DNA of 64,000 nt from Porphyromonadaceae bacterium UBA7180 (GCA_002491165.1 DKVK01000060.1:33808-97807); one strand, 5' to 3'. Positions 10,966 to 21,350 are shown, numbered from the stretch's first letter. A program made the numbers and translations. Notes: generated by a model not told the origin, from the sequence alone.

Positions 10966-12663
10966 ATGAATAAGACATTACTCACCACCCTCTCCATACT
11001 GGCGCTGACGGCAGTGTCGGCCTCGGCACAGGACGCCCTCAATGCCGTCACCATGTCGCAGCAGGACCTCAAGGGCACAGCCCGCTTCATGTCCATGGGC
11101 GGCGCCTTCGGAGCGCTCGGCGGCGACCTCTCCACCCTTTCGCAAAACCCCGCCGGCATCGGCGTATACCGCCGCAACGACATCGGTTTCACCCTCAACC
11201 TCGACTGCCAGCGCGCCACCGCCGACGACTTCGGCTACAAGACGACGCAGGACCAGACCAAGTTCCTGCTCAACAACATCGGTGCCGTCTTCACTTACCG
11301 CATTGACAGCGATGCCTGCCCGAACATCAACTTCGGCTTCACCTACAACAAAGGCGCCAGCTTCAACCGCCACGTGCGCGGCTCCATCGGCTCGCTACAG
11401 ACCTCGATGACCAACTACATCGCAGGCGTCACCCAAAACGACGAATGCACCGTACCAGATCTCACAACCGAAAATAATTACGACCCCTACAATCCCAACG
11501 ACGGCGGCTTTGCTCCCGCGTGGATTTCAATCCTGGGCTACGACAGCTACCTCATCTCGCCCGAAGGAACTCCCGACAACCCCACATGGCAGGGGCAGTT
11601 CGGCCGCGGGACAAGCGGTTTCGGCTCGTTCGACTATCTTGAAAAAGGCAGCATAGACGAGTACAACATCAGTCTTGGAGGCAACATCGCCGACGTGGTG
11701 TACTGGGGTATGGACTTCGACATCATCGACATGAACTACCGTCTCGAGAGCCTCTGGGGCGAGAGCCTGAAAGGCGCCTATGTCAACGGTTCGAACGGCA
11801 ACACAGCTTCCGACTGGGACCTCTACAATTATTATAAGGTGGACGGCGTAGGTTTCAACTACAAGTTCGGCCTTATAGTGAAACCCATTCAAGAGTTCCG
11901 AATCGGTCTTGCCATCCACACTCCTACATGGTACCACCTCACGCAGGACTTCTACGCCAACACTACGTACAGCTACGCGCCGAATCCCGGTATCGGCGAG
12001 GGCGACGTAGCCCGGGGCGGCCAGGAAACCAACGGCGGCTACACTGCCACCAACTCTTTCAAATACAAGGCTCCATGGCGATTCATAGCCAGTGCGGCCC
12101 TCGTGCTGCCGCGCTTCATACTTTCGGCCGACTATGAGTGGACATCCAACCGCTCCATGAAGTACAGCTACACCGACAGTTATTACGACTATGACTACGG
12201 TTACGACGACTGGGACGACTGGTATTGGAAACCGGCCGCAACCCGTTCGCTGGACAAGAACGACCCGTATTATTACACCAACTCGGACATAAAGGAGTAC
12301 ACACAGAATACTTCCACGCTGCGCGTCGGTGCCGAGTTCCGCGTCACCCCGCAGTTCAGCGTCCGCGCCGGTTATTGCTACAGCAGCTCGCCTGTCAAGC
12401 AGAAGGTTCGGGACAACGGGATGACGGTCTACACCGCCGGCACACGCCCGGAGTACATTCTACAGAACAGCACCAATTACGTAACCTGCGGTCTTGGCTA
12501 CAAGTACAAGAAGTTCTATGTGGACATGGCTTATGTGTGGAAACACCGCACCGGAGAATACCATGCCTTCACCCCCGACCCCACGTCCAGCATCCAGAGC
12601 CCGCAGAGCAAGCTTAGCATGAACAACAGCCAGGTTGTGCTCACGGCTGGATTCAAGTTCTGA
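10966..12663 (+). CDS. outer-membrane beta-barrel transporter, FadL/OmpP1-like
   Basis: signal peptide; GTARFMSMGGAFGALGGD...NPAGIG N-terminal motif; C-terminal AGFKF. Confidence 0.85.
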   Translation: MNKTLLTTLSILALTAVSASAQDALNAVTMSQQDLKGTARFMSMGGAFGALGGDLSTLSQNPAGIGVYRRNDIGFTLNLDCQRATADDFGYKTTQDQTKFLLNNIGAVFTYRIDSDACPNINFGFTYNKGASFNRHVRGSIGSLQTSMTNYIAGVTQNDECTVPDLTTENNYDPYNPNDGGFAPAWISILGYDSYLISPEGTPDNPTWQGQFGRGTSGFGSFDYLEKGSIDEYNISLGGNIADVVYWGMDFDIIDMNYRLESLWGESLKGAYVNGSNGNTASDWDLYNYYKVDGVGFNYKFGLIVKPIQEFRIGLAIHTPTWYHLTQDFYANTTYSYAPNPGIGEGDVARGGQETNGGYTATNSFKYKAPWRFIASAALVLPRFILSADYEWTSNRSMKYSYTDSYYDYDYGYDDWDDWYWKPAATRSLDKNDPYYYTNSDIKEYTQNTSTLRVGAEFRVTPQFSVRAGYCYSSSPVKQKVRDNGMTVYTAGTRPEYILQNSTNYVTCGLGYKYKKFYVDMAYVWKHRTGEYHAFTPDPTSSIQSPQSKLSMNNSQVVLTAGFKF

Positions 12664-12684
12664 AAAAATCGCTTGTAGATATTG

Positions 12685-12725
12685 GAGGCCGGCGCTCGTT
12701 TTATTGAGCGCCGGCCTCTTGTTTT
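12685..12725 (+). terminator. rho-independent terminator between convergent genes
   Basis: perfect 13-bp stem GAGGCCGGCGCTC/GAGCGCCGGCCTC plus TTGTTTT. Confidence 0.85.
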
Positions 12726-12733
12726 GTGACGGG

Positions 12734-12787
12734 GATGTGATTTATGTTTTTTATGTGATGAATGTGACTGATGTGGCGGATATAATA
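12734..12787. repeat. degenerate 9-bp tandem array (6 units)
   Basis: gatgtgatt tatgttttt tatgtgatg aatgtgact gatgtggcg gatataata. Confidence 0.7.
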
Positions 12788-12798
12788 GGATGAGGCTC

Positions 12799-13488
12799 TT
12801 ACGGCTCTATCAGTTGGTGGCGGATGTTGGTGGCCTGGACGTAGGTTTCGAGGAGGCTGGTGGCGTCCCGGAGGAAATCGGCTTCGCGACCTGTGAGTCC
12901 CGCTGCGTCGGTAGCTTCGCCATAGATGTTTACCGTCATGGCGAGGCGTCGCGTCGCGAGGGTCATCTTGGTACGCTCGTTGTCGCTTGTCGGAGTCCCT
13001 ACGCCGCCGGTTTCATCACGGAATATGGGGAGGCAGGCAATATTGAGCGCACCGCGGCCTATCGCCTCGAACGGTTCCCCTTCGCGTCCCACGCCGAGCG
13101 TCAGCACAGGGCCGGTAATCTTATCGGCATCGAAACCGCCGATACTGTAGCCGTAGCGCAGCGAGAGGAGGTTGATGATGTCCACCAGCGCGTTGATGCG
13201 GTAAAGTCCTTTGCCCTGGAGCATACGGCGGTGCAGTGCCTCGGCCGAGGGCCGATAGCGGTTGGGTTCCTTGCCGAGCGCCTTGTAAGCCGCGCGAGTT
13301 GCGGCTATGGCCGGGCGTTGTGCTATCTCGGGGATGGTGAGAAGTCCGCGGAGCCGTTCCCCTTGGGCCTCTATCATTGCGAAAAGTTCGTCCTGTGTTT
13401 CGCCGTTCACTACGTCGGCTTCAATGTAGAGTTCGCGGAAACCGGGTGCCGCGCTATATATTTCGGGGGTAATGATTATCTGTTTCAT
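12799..13488 (-). CDS. stand-alone B3/B4 domain protein (PheRS-beta editing-like)
   Basis: YRPSAEALHRR, INALVDIINLLSL, SIGGFDAD, GTPTSDNERT motifs. Confidence 0.85.
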   Translation of the reverse strand: MKQIIITPEIYSAAPGFRELYIEADVVNGETQDELFAMIEAQGERLRGLLTIPEIAQRPAIAATRAAYKALGKEPNRYRPSAEALHRRMLQGKGLYRINALVDIINLLSLRYGYSIGGFDADKITGPVLTLGVGREGEPFEAIGRGALNIACLPIFRDETGGVGTPTSDNERTKMTLATRRLAMTVNIYGEATDAAGLTGREADFLRDATSLLETYVQATNIRHQLIEP

Positions 13489-13492
13489 GGCG

Positions 13493-13524
13493 CAAAGTTA
13501 GCCATTCGGCGCCGAGTGTGCAAG
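13493..13524 (-). promoter_or_regulatory. housekeeping promoter, probably leaderless transcript
   Basis: minus strand CTTG-N20-TAACTTTG-N4-ATG. Confidence 0.7.
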
Positions 13525-13617
13525 TTTTTCAACGCAAGGTGGGGCGTATGTCAGAAAATTTTAGTAATTTCGCAGTCTGATAAGAAGTTTTTCTGACTTC
13601 ATAGATAATATTTTTAT

Positions 13618-14979
13618 ATGGCACAAAAACCGTCGATACCCAAAGGGACGCGCGATTTCGGTCCCCTGGAGATGTCAAAACGTAATTATATTTTCGACAC
13701 CATAACCGAGGCATTCCGGCTGTTCGGTTATTCCCAGATAGAAACACCGGCAATGGAAAACCTCTCCACGCTCATGGGCAAGTATGGGGAAGAGGGCGAC
13801 AAGTTGCTGTTCAAAATACTCAATTCGGGAGACTATCTGCGCTCGGTGAGCGACGGGGAGTTGCTCTCCCGCAACGTGACGAAGCTGACGCCGCGTCTCT
13901 GTGAAAAGGGTCTGCGCTACGACCTCACGGTACCCTTCGCACGGTTTGTGGTGCAGCACCGTTCGGAGCTGCAGATGCCTTTCAAACGCTACCAGATGCA
14001 GCCGGTATGGCGCGCCGACCGGCCCCAAAAAGGACGCTACCGCGAGTTCTACCAGTGCGATGCCGACGTAGTAGGTTCCGACTCGCTACTCAACGAGGTG
14101 GAGCTTCTCGAACTCATCGACTACGTTTTCCACAAGCTGAAAGTGAACGTATCCACCAAACTTAACAACCGCAAGGTGCTCACCGGGCTCGGAGAGATGA
14201 TAGGGCACGCAGACAAGGTGGTGGACATCACCGTGGCCATTGACAAGCTCGACAAGATAGGACTCGACAAAGTGAAGGAGGAACTGCGCGAGCGCGGCCT
14301 CGGGGATGAAGCCATAGAGCGCCTTGTGCCGGTCCTCGAGCTCAAAGGCACCAACGCCGGGAAGATAGCCCGTATGCGTGAGCTGCTTGTCGGTTCCGAA
14401 ACCGGCCTCAGGGGCCTCGACGAGATGGAGACCGTCGTCAAGGCTTACGAAGCGCTCCCGCACTCCGCCTGCCTGGAAGTGGACCTCTCGCTGGCACGCG
14501 GCCTCAACTACTATACGGGTACCATCATAGAGGTCAAGGCCCTCGACGTGGAGATAGGGAGCATCACCGGCGGCGGCCGTTATGACAACCTCACCGGCGT
14601 CTTCGGCATGGAGGGTCTCTCGGGAGTAGGCATCTCGTTCGGCGCCGACCGCATCTACGACGTCCTCAACACGCTGGGCCTCTACCCGCAGGAGGTGGAG
14701 CGCGGCGTGCAGGTGATGTTCACCAACTTCGGCGAGGAGGAAGCACGCGAAGCCATGGGGTGCGTGTGGCGCCTGCGCGACGCCGGAATACCGGCGATGG
14801 TTTACCCCGACAATGCCAAGATGAAGAAGCAGATGCAGTATGCCAACGCCAAGAACGTGCCATACGTTGCCATCATCGGCAGCGAAGAACTGAAAGAGGG
14901 TGTCGCCACCGTTAAGAATATGGCCGACGGCTCGCAACGCAAAGTTGAACTGGAGAAAATAACCGAGATATTCAAATGA
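13618..14979 (+). CDS. hisS: histidine--tRNA ligase
   Basis: [47 protein letters not shown]. Confidence 0.97.
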   Translation: MAQKPSIPKGTRDFGPLEMSKRNYIFDTITEAFRLFGYSQIETPAMENLSTLMGKYGEEGDKLLFKILNSGDYLRSVSDGELLSRNVTKLTPRLCEKGLRYDLTVPFARFVVQHRSELQMPFKRYQMQPVWRADRPQKGRYREFYQCDADVVGSDSLLNEVELLELIDYVFHKLKVNVSTKLNNRKVLTGLGEMIGHADKVVDITVAIDKLDKIGLDKVKEELRERGLGDEAIERLVPVLELKGTNAGKIARMRELLVGSETGLRGLDEMETVVKAYEALPHSACLEVDLSLARGLNYYTGTIIEVKALDVEIGSITGGGRYDNLTGVFGMEGLSGVGISFGADRIYDVLNTLGLYPQEVERGVQVMFTNFGEEEAREAMGCVWRLRDAGIPAMVYPDNAKMKKQMQYANAKNVPYVAIIGSEELKEGVATVKNMADGSQRKVELEKITEIFK

Positions 14980-16358
14980 GAGTATTGAAATTCGGGGGCA
15001 CGTCGGTAGGGACAGTGCGCTCGCTGAGCAATGTCAAGAAGATAGTCGAGAGCATCGAGGAACCCTGCGTGGTGGTGGTGTCGGCCCTGGGAGGGCTTAC
15101 GGACCGCCTGATAGCAGGCGCCGAAATGGCCCGCGACGGCAACGCGGAATACCGCCGGGAGGTTGAGACCGCGCGGCGCCGGCATCTTGAAATCATCGAA
15201 GCACTCGTGTCCCCCCCGCGCCGCAAGGATATAACGGCCCGCATAGAGGAGCTGCTCGCCGAGCTTACGCGCCTCTACGAAGGGATAGCCCTGCTGGGCG
15301 ACCTCACCGACCGCACGCTGGCGCAGGTGGTGAGCTTCGGCGAAAGGATGTCGTCGCCCCTCGTTGCCGAGATTATCGAAAACGCTACCTATTACCATTC
15401 CCCCGACTTCATACGCACCGAGCGGTGGTTCAACAAGAACATAGCCGATACGGCGCTCACCGACCGACTTATAAAAGAGACACTGGGCGACGGCGGATTC
15501 CGCCGCGCGGTAACAGGCGGCTTCATCTCCACCGACCGCGACACCGGCGAGATTACGAACCTGGGACGCGGCGGCAGCGACTACACGGCTGCCCTCATCG
15601 CCGCGGCGCTGGGCGCCCGAGTGCTGGAGATATGGACCGACGTGGACGGTTTCATGACCGCCGACCCGCGCCTTATCCCCGATGCCTTCGTGGTGCGCCA
15701 CATGACCTTCATAGAGTCTATGGAACTCTGCACCATGGGTGCGAAAGTGATATATCCCCCCACTATCTATCCGGTATTCCACAAGAACATACCTATCCGC
15801 ATCCTGAACACGTTCAATCCGGAGGCGGAGGGGACATGGATCACCGACGAGCACCACGGCCACGCCCTGGTGGTAAAAGGCATCTCGGCGGTGCGCGACA
15901 CCACGCTCATCAGCGTGCAGGCGCAGGGCCGCGACAGCACCGACACGGCGAGCCGCGCCGTCAACGCCATGGCCAAGAACGGCGTTAGCGTCTATCTGGT
16001 GAACACCCACGAGCGCGACGCCGGATTCGCCTTCGCCGTAGCCGCTCCGGAAAGCGGGACAGCCGTGAAGATACTTACCGACGAGTTCGGTCCGGAACTT
16101 TCGCGCGGAGAGATGGAAAACATCTCCGTCTCTTACAAGCTGGCCACCATAGCGGTGGTAGGCGAAGGGATGAAGAAGCGCCGCGAGATGCAGGAAAGCC
16201 TGCTACGCGGCCTTGCCGCTTCCGGAATACGCGTACTGGCCACCTCCGACGGCACTTCGGACACCACACTGGCTGTAGTTGTGCCTGCCGACGAGGCCGA
16301 CCGCGCCATCGAGACGCTGCACTGCCTGCTGTTCGCCGACAAGACTGTTGGCAAATAA
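14976..16358 (+). CDS. aspartate kinase (ThrA-like kinase plus 2 ACT domains, no HSDH domain)
   Basis: [35 protein letters not shown]; ATGA overlap with hisS. Confidence 0.9.
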   Translation: MRVLKFGGTSVGTVRSLSNVKKIVESIEEPCVVVVSALGGLTDRLIAGAEMARDGNAEYRREVETARRRHLEIIEALVSPPRRKDITARIEELLAELTRLYEGIALLGDLTDRTLAQVVSFGERMSSPLVAEIIENATYYHSPDFIRTERWFNKNIADTALTDRLIKETLGDGGFRRAVTGGFISTDRDTGEITNLGRGGSDYTAALIAAALGARVLEIWTDVDGFMTADPRLIPDAFVVRHMTFIESMELCTMGAKVIYPPTIYPVFHKNIPIRILNTFNPEAEGTWITDEHHGHALVVKGISAVRDTTLISVQAQGRDSTDTASRAVNAMAKNGVSVYLVNTHERDAGFAFAVAAPESGTAVKILTDEFGPELSRGEMENISVSYKLATIAVVGEGMKKRREMQESLLRGLAASGIRVLATSDGTSDTTLAVVVPADEADRAIETLHCLLFADKTVGK

Positions 16359-16475
16359 GGCGGCAAAGTTGGTCTAATTCGCACCCGCGGGAGCCGTTCC
16401 GCAAAATTTTGATTAATTTTGCACGGCGTCCGGCACTCCGCTACCGGACGCAAACAACCCAAAAATGAAAAACCA

Positions 16476-17222
16476 ATGATTCTTTCATCGATAAAGACCT
16501 TCGGACACTATTGCATGTTTCTCACCCAGGTGTTCCGCATCCCCGACAAATGGAGCGTGACGCTGCGCAACACGGTGTTCGAGATAAGCAAGCTCGGCGT
16601 GGACTCCATTCCGCTGGTGATAATAATCTCGATATTCATCGGAGCGGTGATATGCATCCAGATGACGCTCAACATAGTGTCTCCGCTCGTACCGAGTTAC
16701 TCCACCGGCCTTGCCACGCGCGAAATCCTGCTGCTGGAGTTCTCCTCATCCATCCTGTCGCTGATATTGGCGGGCAAGGTAGGGTCCAACATCGCCTCCG
16801 AGATAGGGACTATGCGCGTCACCGAACAGATAGACGCCCTCGACATCATGGGCATCAACAGCGCCAACTACATAGTGCTTCCCAAGATAGTGGGCTTCGT
16901 GCTCTTCGTGCCGGTGCTCTGCATCCTCTCCATGTTCATGGGTCTCTTCGGCGGCTGGCTCGTGGCCGAGTTCACCACCATGATTTCGGTGGAAAACTAC
17001 ATCTACGGCATCCAGACCATGTTCTCGGAATGGTATGTGTGGTACGGCATCATCAAGACCTACTTCTTCGCTTTCATAATAACGAGCGTGGCCGCCTATT
17101 ACGGCTACTACGTTAAGGGAGGGTCGCTTGAGGTGGGCAAGGCGTCGACCAACGCCGTGGTCTCCTCCTCCATTCTCATTCTGGCCGCCGACGTAATCCT
17201 CACTAAACTCCTGCTGCAATGA
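16476..17222 (+). CDS. mlaE: MlaE-family ABC permease
   Basis: AGKVGSNIASEIGTMRVTEQIDAL motif; TAATTTTG promoter box at 16414-16421 favours ATG 16476. Confidence 0.9.
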   Translation: MILSSIKTFGHYCMFLTQVFRIPDKWSVTLRNTVFEISKLGVDSIPLVIIISIFIGAVICIQMTLNIVSPLVPSYSTGLATREILLLEFSSSILSLILAGKVGSNIASEIGTMRVTEQIDALDIMGINSANYIVLPKIVGFVLFVPVLCILSMFMGLFGGWLVAEFTTMISVENYIYGIQTMFSEWYVWYGIIKTYFFAFIITSVAAYYGYYVKGGSLEVGKASTNAVVSSSILILAADVILTKLLLQ

Positions 17223-18019
17223 TTGAAGCCAAGAACGTATCCAAGTGGTTCGACGGCACCCGGGTGCTCCACGACATTTCGGCCACCTTCGAGACAGGAA
17301 AGACGAACCTCATCATCGGACAGTCCGGCTCCGGCAAGACGGTATTCATGAAGTGCCTCATAGGTTTGTTGACGCCCGAAGAGGGTGAGATATTCTACGA
17401 CGGCCGCCCCTTCAAACAGATGACCGATGCGCAACGCCGCCAGTTGCGCACCGAAATAGGTATGCTCTTCCAGGGGTCGGCGCTCTTCGACAACCTTACG
17501 GTGCTCGGCAACGTTATGTTCCCGCTGATGATGTTCTCCAAGATGTCCAAGGCCGAGCAGAAGGAGCGCGCACAGTTCTGCATCAACCGCGTGGGGCTCG
17601 AAAACGCCGACAACAAGTATCCCTCGGAGATTTCGGGAGGTATGCAGAAACGTGTGGCCATAGCCCGCGCCATATCGCTGAACCCCAAATACCTCTTCTG
17701 CGACGAACCCAACTCAGGCCTCGACCCGAAGACATCGATTCTCATTGACCAACTCCTCTCCGACATTACGCACGAGTACAAGATGACCACAGTCATCAAT
17801 ACCCACGACATGAACTCGGTGCTCGGTATAGGCGAGAATATCATCTTCATCAACAAGGGTCACTGTGACTGGATTGGCAACGACCACAACATCTTCCGGA
17901 GCCGCAGCAAGGCGCTCAATGACTTCGTGTTCGCCTCGAAGCTGTTCCAGGAGGTAAAAATCTTCCTCGAAAGGAAGTACGGCGCCGGAGAAGGCGGGGG
18001 AGAGGGGCGCAAGCCATGA
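17219..18019 (+). CDS. mlaF: MlaF-family ABC ATP-binding protein
   Basis: GQSGSGKT, ISGGMQKRVAIAR, FCDEPNSGLDP. Confidence 0.88.
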   Translation: MIEAKNVSKWFDGTRVLHDISATFETGKTNLIIGQSGSGKTVFMKCLIGLLTPEEGEIFYDGRPFKQMTDAQRRQLRTEIGMLFQGSALFDNLTVLGNVMFPLMMFSKMSKAEQKERAQFCINRVGLENADNKYPSEISGGMQKRVAIARAISLNPKYLFCDEPNSGLDPKTSILIDQLLSDITHEYKMTTVINTHDMNSVLGIGENIIFINKGHCDWIGNDHNIFRSRSKALNDFVFASKLFQEVKIFLERKYGAGEGGGEGRKP

Positions 18020-18744
18020 TGCGCATAGACATCATAGGGCGCGGTAACGTGGCAACGCACCTGCTCCGGATGCTCGGTGCCGCCCACGACGTGGCGCAAG
18101 TGAATCCGCATACCCTCGAAGGGCTGCGGCCGGATGCCGACCTTTATTTGGTATCAGTCACCGACAACGCCATACGCGAGGTTTGCGGCAAGCTGAGGAA
18201 ACGGCTCGAAGGCGAACCATTCGTGGCCCACACTTCGGGCACCACCGGCATCGAAGAGCTGCGCGAATGCAGATTCCGCCGTCCCGGCGTGTTCTACCCT
18301 CTCCAGACGTTTTCTAAGAAAGTGGAGCTCGATTATTCGCGCATTCCCTTCTTTACGGAAGCGGACGCGAAGAATGACGAGGCTCTGCTGCGACGGATTG
18401 TCGAAGGCCTTGGCGCCAAGTGTTACTATGCCGATTCGGAAGCGCGCCGCCGCCTGCACCTCGCCTCTGTGCTCTCCTGCAATTTCGTGAACCATCTGTG
18501 GCACCTCGCCTCCGGAGAATTGGAAAAGAGCGGACTGCCGTTCGGGGTGCTGATGCCGCTCATCGAAGAGACGACACGCAAACTCGCCGATGCCTCCCCC
18601 TACGACGCCCAGACCGGGCCGGCCCGGCGCGGCGACACCGTCACCACTTCGAAGCATCTCGCCATGCTTGCCGACGATGCGCGCCTTGCGGGAATTTACA
18701 AATTATTGACCGATTCCATTTCAAAGACTTATGAGTGCCATTGA
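18016..18744 (+). CDS. Rossmann-like + DUF2520 oxidoreductase (PanG-like)
   Basis: IIGRGNVA, HTSG, FYPLQTFS, AQTGPARRGD. Confidence 0.85.
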   Translation: MMRIDIIGRGNVATHLLRMLGAAHDVAQVNPHTLEGLRPDADLYLVSVTDNAIREVCGKLRKRLEGEPFVAHTSGTTGIEELRECRFRRPGVFYPLQTFSKKVELDYSRIPFFTEADAKNDEALLRRIVEGLGAKCYYADSEARRRLHLASVLSCNFVNHLWHLASGELEKSGLPFGVLMPLIEETTRKLADASPYDAQTGPARRGDTVTTSKHLAMLADDARLAGIYKLLTDSISKTYECH

Positions 18745-19255
18745 TTACGATTTGAAGAAGATACGCGGCGTCGCGCTCGATGTCGACGGTGTGCTCTCCC
18801 CTTCCACCATACCGCTCGGCAGCGACGGAATGCCGCGCCGCATGGTAAACATCAAGGACGGCTACGCCTTGCAGTTAGCCGTGAAACGTGGAGTGAAAAT
18901 AGCCATCATCACAGGGGGAACCTCCGATGCCATTGTGCTGCGTTACCGTGCTTTGGGAATCGCAGACATCTATCAGGGCGCCGGCCACAAACTTCCCGTG
19001 CTCGAAGAGTGGATGCAGAAAGAAGGGCTGACGGCCGACGAGGTGGCGTATATGGGCGACGACATTCCCGATCTGAAATGCCTGCGCCATGTGGGGCTGA
19101 GTTGCTGCCCGCACGACGCCGCCCGTGAAGTGCTCGCTACCGCGCGTTACATTTCGCGCTTCACCGGCGGCTACGGCTGCGTGCGCGACCTGCTCGAACA
19201 ACTGCTAAAAGCCCAAGGCCATTGGATGGCCGACGACAAAGCTTTCGGCTGGTAA
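18731..19255 (+). CDS. kdsC: KDO-8-phosphate phosphatase (HAD)
   Basis: LDVDGVL, KDGYA, IITGG, YMGDDIPD, GGYGCVRD. Confidence 0.85.
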   Translation: MSAIDYDLKKIRGVALDVDGVLSPSTIPLGSDGMPRRMVNIKDGYALQLAVKRGVKIAIITGGTSDAIVLRYRALGIADIYQGAGHKLPVLEEWMQKEGLTADEVAYMGDDIPDLKCLRHVGLSCCPHDAAREVLATARYISRFTGGYGCVRDLLEQLLKAQGHWMADDKAFGW

Positions 19256-19298
19256 TACTCTCCTAAAACTCTTTGCTCCCACGCATCGTTTATACAGT

Positions 19299-19880
19299 AT
19301 GTTAGAGAATCTTCAGAAATACAAGATATTGCTTGCCAGCAAGTCGCCGCGTCGCCGCGAATTGCTCGGCCAATTGAGAATCCCTTTCACAGTAATCTCC
19401 ATCGGCGATATTCCGGAAAGTTATCCGGACACACTTGCGGCCGACGATGTGCCGGAATACCTGTCGCTGCAAAAGGCTTCAGCCTATCATAAGATGCTGC
19501 GCGACAACGAGTTGCTCATCACCGCCGATACCGTGGTGATTTACGACAAGAAAATCTACGGCAAACCGGCCGACGAGAAAGAGGCTTTCCGGATGCTGAG
19601 CGAGCTTTCCGGCCACACCCACCACGTAGTGACCGGCGTCACTGTGGCCACACGTAATAATAAAGTGTCGTTTTCATGTTCCACGGATGTGGAGTTTGCC
19701 GAAATTGATCCGGAAGACATTTCTTACTACCTAGATAATTTCCGCCCGATGGACAAGGCAGGGGCCTATGGCATACAGGAATGGATCGGTTGCGTGGCGG
19801 TGAAAGGCATCCGCGGCTCCTTCTACAACGTTATGGGACTTCCGGTACACCAGCTTTATCAGGTGCTACGCAATTTCTGA
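19299..19880 (+). CDS. maf: Maf-family nucleoside triphosphate pyrophosphatase
   Basis: LASKSPRRRELL, TADTVV, GKP, DKAGAYGIQ, NVMGLP. Confidence 0.93.
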   Translation: MLENLQKYKILLASKSPRRRELLGQLRIPFTVISIGDIPESYPDTLAADDVPEYLSLQKASAYHKMLRDNELLITADTVVIYDKKIYGKPADEKEAFRMLSELSGHTHHVVTGVTVATRNNKVSFSCSTDVEFAEIDPEDISYYLDNFRPMDKAGAYGIQEWIGCVAVKGIRGSFYNVMGLPVHQLYQVLRNF

Positions 19881-19882
19881 CT

Positions 19883-20407
19883 TCAGAGGGTGGTGTTTTT
19901 TATCGGTTCCAAAAGTTCCGGAGGAAAGTGTTCTGTAACTTGATAGTTATAGCACCGCTCCTTGTATGCCTGCGCCATGTTCTTCATGTCGTTTTCAAAC
20001 TGCGTGTACACGCCGTTCGCTTCAGCCTCTACCATGGCCTTTCTGAGCGCTGCGGCCGCTGTTTTCAATTTTTCGAGTGAAATGAAAGCACCGCATTGCA
20101 AAATATATCCCGACAAATTAAGATACATTTTTATAGTGCAAAGCGGATCCGGACGGAAAGATACGAATTTCTCCACGATAGCCTTAGCTTTCCTCACATC
20201 AGGTTTACGGCGCCAATATCCGGAATGGGCAAAGCATTTTAACAATTTATCCCCGTATTTTTCAGCCAACGCCTCTGAATCGGGATTGAGCCAAAACTCC
20301 AGGTATTCCTTGATATCATGGTTGGAGACATAGAGTTCCAGAATCAGTTCGGAGAGCTGCCCTGCATCGAAGTTTTTGAGCTGTTTTTTGAGTTGCGCTT
20401 TTGACAT
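19883..20407 (-). CDS. DUF6155-like helical hypothetical protein
   Basis: MSKAQLKKQL...LELY...YLEFWLNP N-terminus recalled as DUF6155-like; AT-richer codons. Confidence 0.65.
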   Translation of the reverse strand: MSKAQLKKQLKNFDAGQLSELILELYVSNHDIKEYLEFWLNPDSEALAEKYGDKLLKCFAHSGYWRRKPDVRKAKAIVEKFVSFRPDPLCTIKMYLNLSGYILQCGAFISLEKLKTAAAALRKAMVEAEANGVYTQFENDMKNMAQAYKERCYNYQVTEHFPPELLEPIKNTTL

Positions 20408-20429
20408 AATCTATATTGACAAACCGGTT

Positions 20430-20591
20430 CTATACTGACATACCGTCTGCCCAGTCATCGATGTCGTCGCCGGGCTCGGCATAATAAGGATGGGAGTCTT
20501 CGGGCTGCGGATTCTTATCGGTGATAATGTCGGAGAGATCGGCCAGCCACTCGGGGGCCGCGCCATGGGATAACAGGTTTTTAAGCTTCAT
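20430..20591 (-). CDS. small acidic protein, 53 aa (not in ORF track)
   Basis: MKLKNLLSHGAAPEWLADLSDIITDKNPQPEDSHPYYAEPGDDIDDWADGMSV*; consensus promoter 25 nt upstream; host-like codons. Confidence 0.6.
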   Translation of the reverse strand: MKLKNLLSHGAAPEWLADLSDIITDKNPQPEDSHPYYAEPGDDIDDWADGMSV

Positions 20592-20616
20592 AGGCTCTAT
20601 AGCGTTGTTCCGAAAG

Positions 20617-20648
20617 CAAAGGTAGCACTTCTTTCCGGATTATGCAAA
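20617..20648 (-). promoter_or_regulatory. housekeeping promoter for the small ORF and DUF6155-like gene
   Basis: minus strand TTTG-N20-TACCTTTG. Confidence 0.75.
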
Positions 20649-20712
20649 TATTTTTCCGCTTTTGTTAGAATTTTTGTAATTTCAAGGGATGGAAGGGGGA
20701 TTTTTTTGTTAT

Positions 20713-20739
20713 GATATGGCTGATGTTTCCGATATAGTC
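20713..20739. repeat. short 9-bp periodic array (3 units)
   Basis: gatatggct gatgtttcc gatatagtc. Confidence 0.45.
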
Positions 20740-20782
20740 TGTGGGAACACGCGGCGTTTTTACGGAAAAACCCGCGTGGATT

Positions 20783-20814
20783 CTTGCATATAACGGATAA
20801 AATCATTAACTTTG
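20783..20814 (+). promoter_or_regulatory. housekeeping promoter
   Basis: CTTG-N20-TAACTTTG. Confidence 0.7.
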
Positions 20815-20893
20815 TCATCAACATCGGTTAGGCGCTCCGGAACTTTCGGCACCGCGGTGTTGTTATTATAAAAGAACCAAAAATCTCATAAAA

Positions 20894-21256
20894 ATGGCAA
20901 ACAAAAGAGAATTCAAAAAGTTTGTGACCGCAGTGGGTTCAAACGTCATCGAAGACATGATGCTCAACTACTATACAATCAAGGACATCAACAAAGATGC
21001 CGTTGACACTGCCATAGGCAAAGTACTTGACGCCATCGAGACGGCGCGTTGCAACGCTAACGTCTTCTTCGACAAAGGACCTCGCGCCTTCGAGACCCGC
21101 AAGGAGTATACCCGCGAGAAGGAACGTTTCTTCCGCGCCCTCTTCGACAAGATTGCGTCAGACTTCGAGGGCAGCCTCGAAGCCGCTGTCAAAGAGTTCA
21201 ATGACGCCGTTCCGCAAAGCGTCAAGGATGCCAACAAGAAAGCTCTCGCCGACTGA
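20894..21256 (+). CDS. hypothetical helical protein (Bacteroidales-type)
   Basis: 120 aa, strong host codon bias, own promoter, A-rich initiation region. Confidence 0.8.
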   Translation: MANKREFKKFVTAVGSNVIEDMMLNYYTIKDINKDAVDTAIGKVLDAIETARCNANVFFDKGPRAFETRKEYTREKERFFRALFDKIASDFEGSLEAAVKEFNDAVPQSVKDANKKALAD

Positions 21257-21350
21257 GTGAAGCTTGAAATCTGAAATTCTATTCTACACCGGCTCCGGGA
21301 GCGGCGCAGTTCCGCTCCCGGGGATGGTGTGCATTTCATTATAAAAAGAC

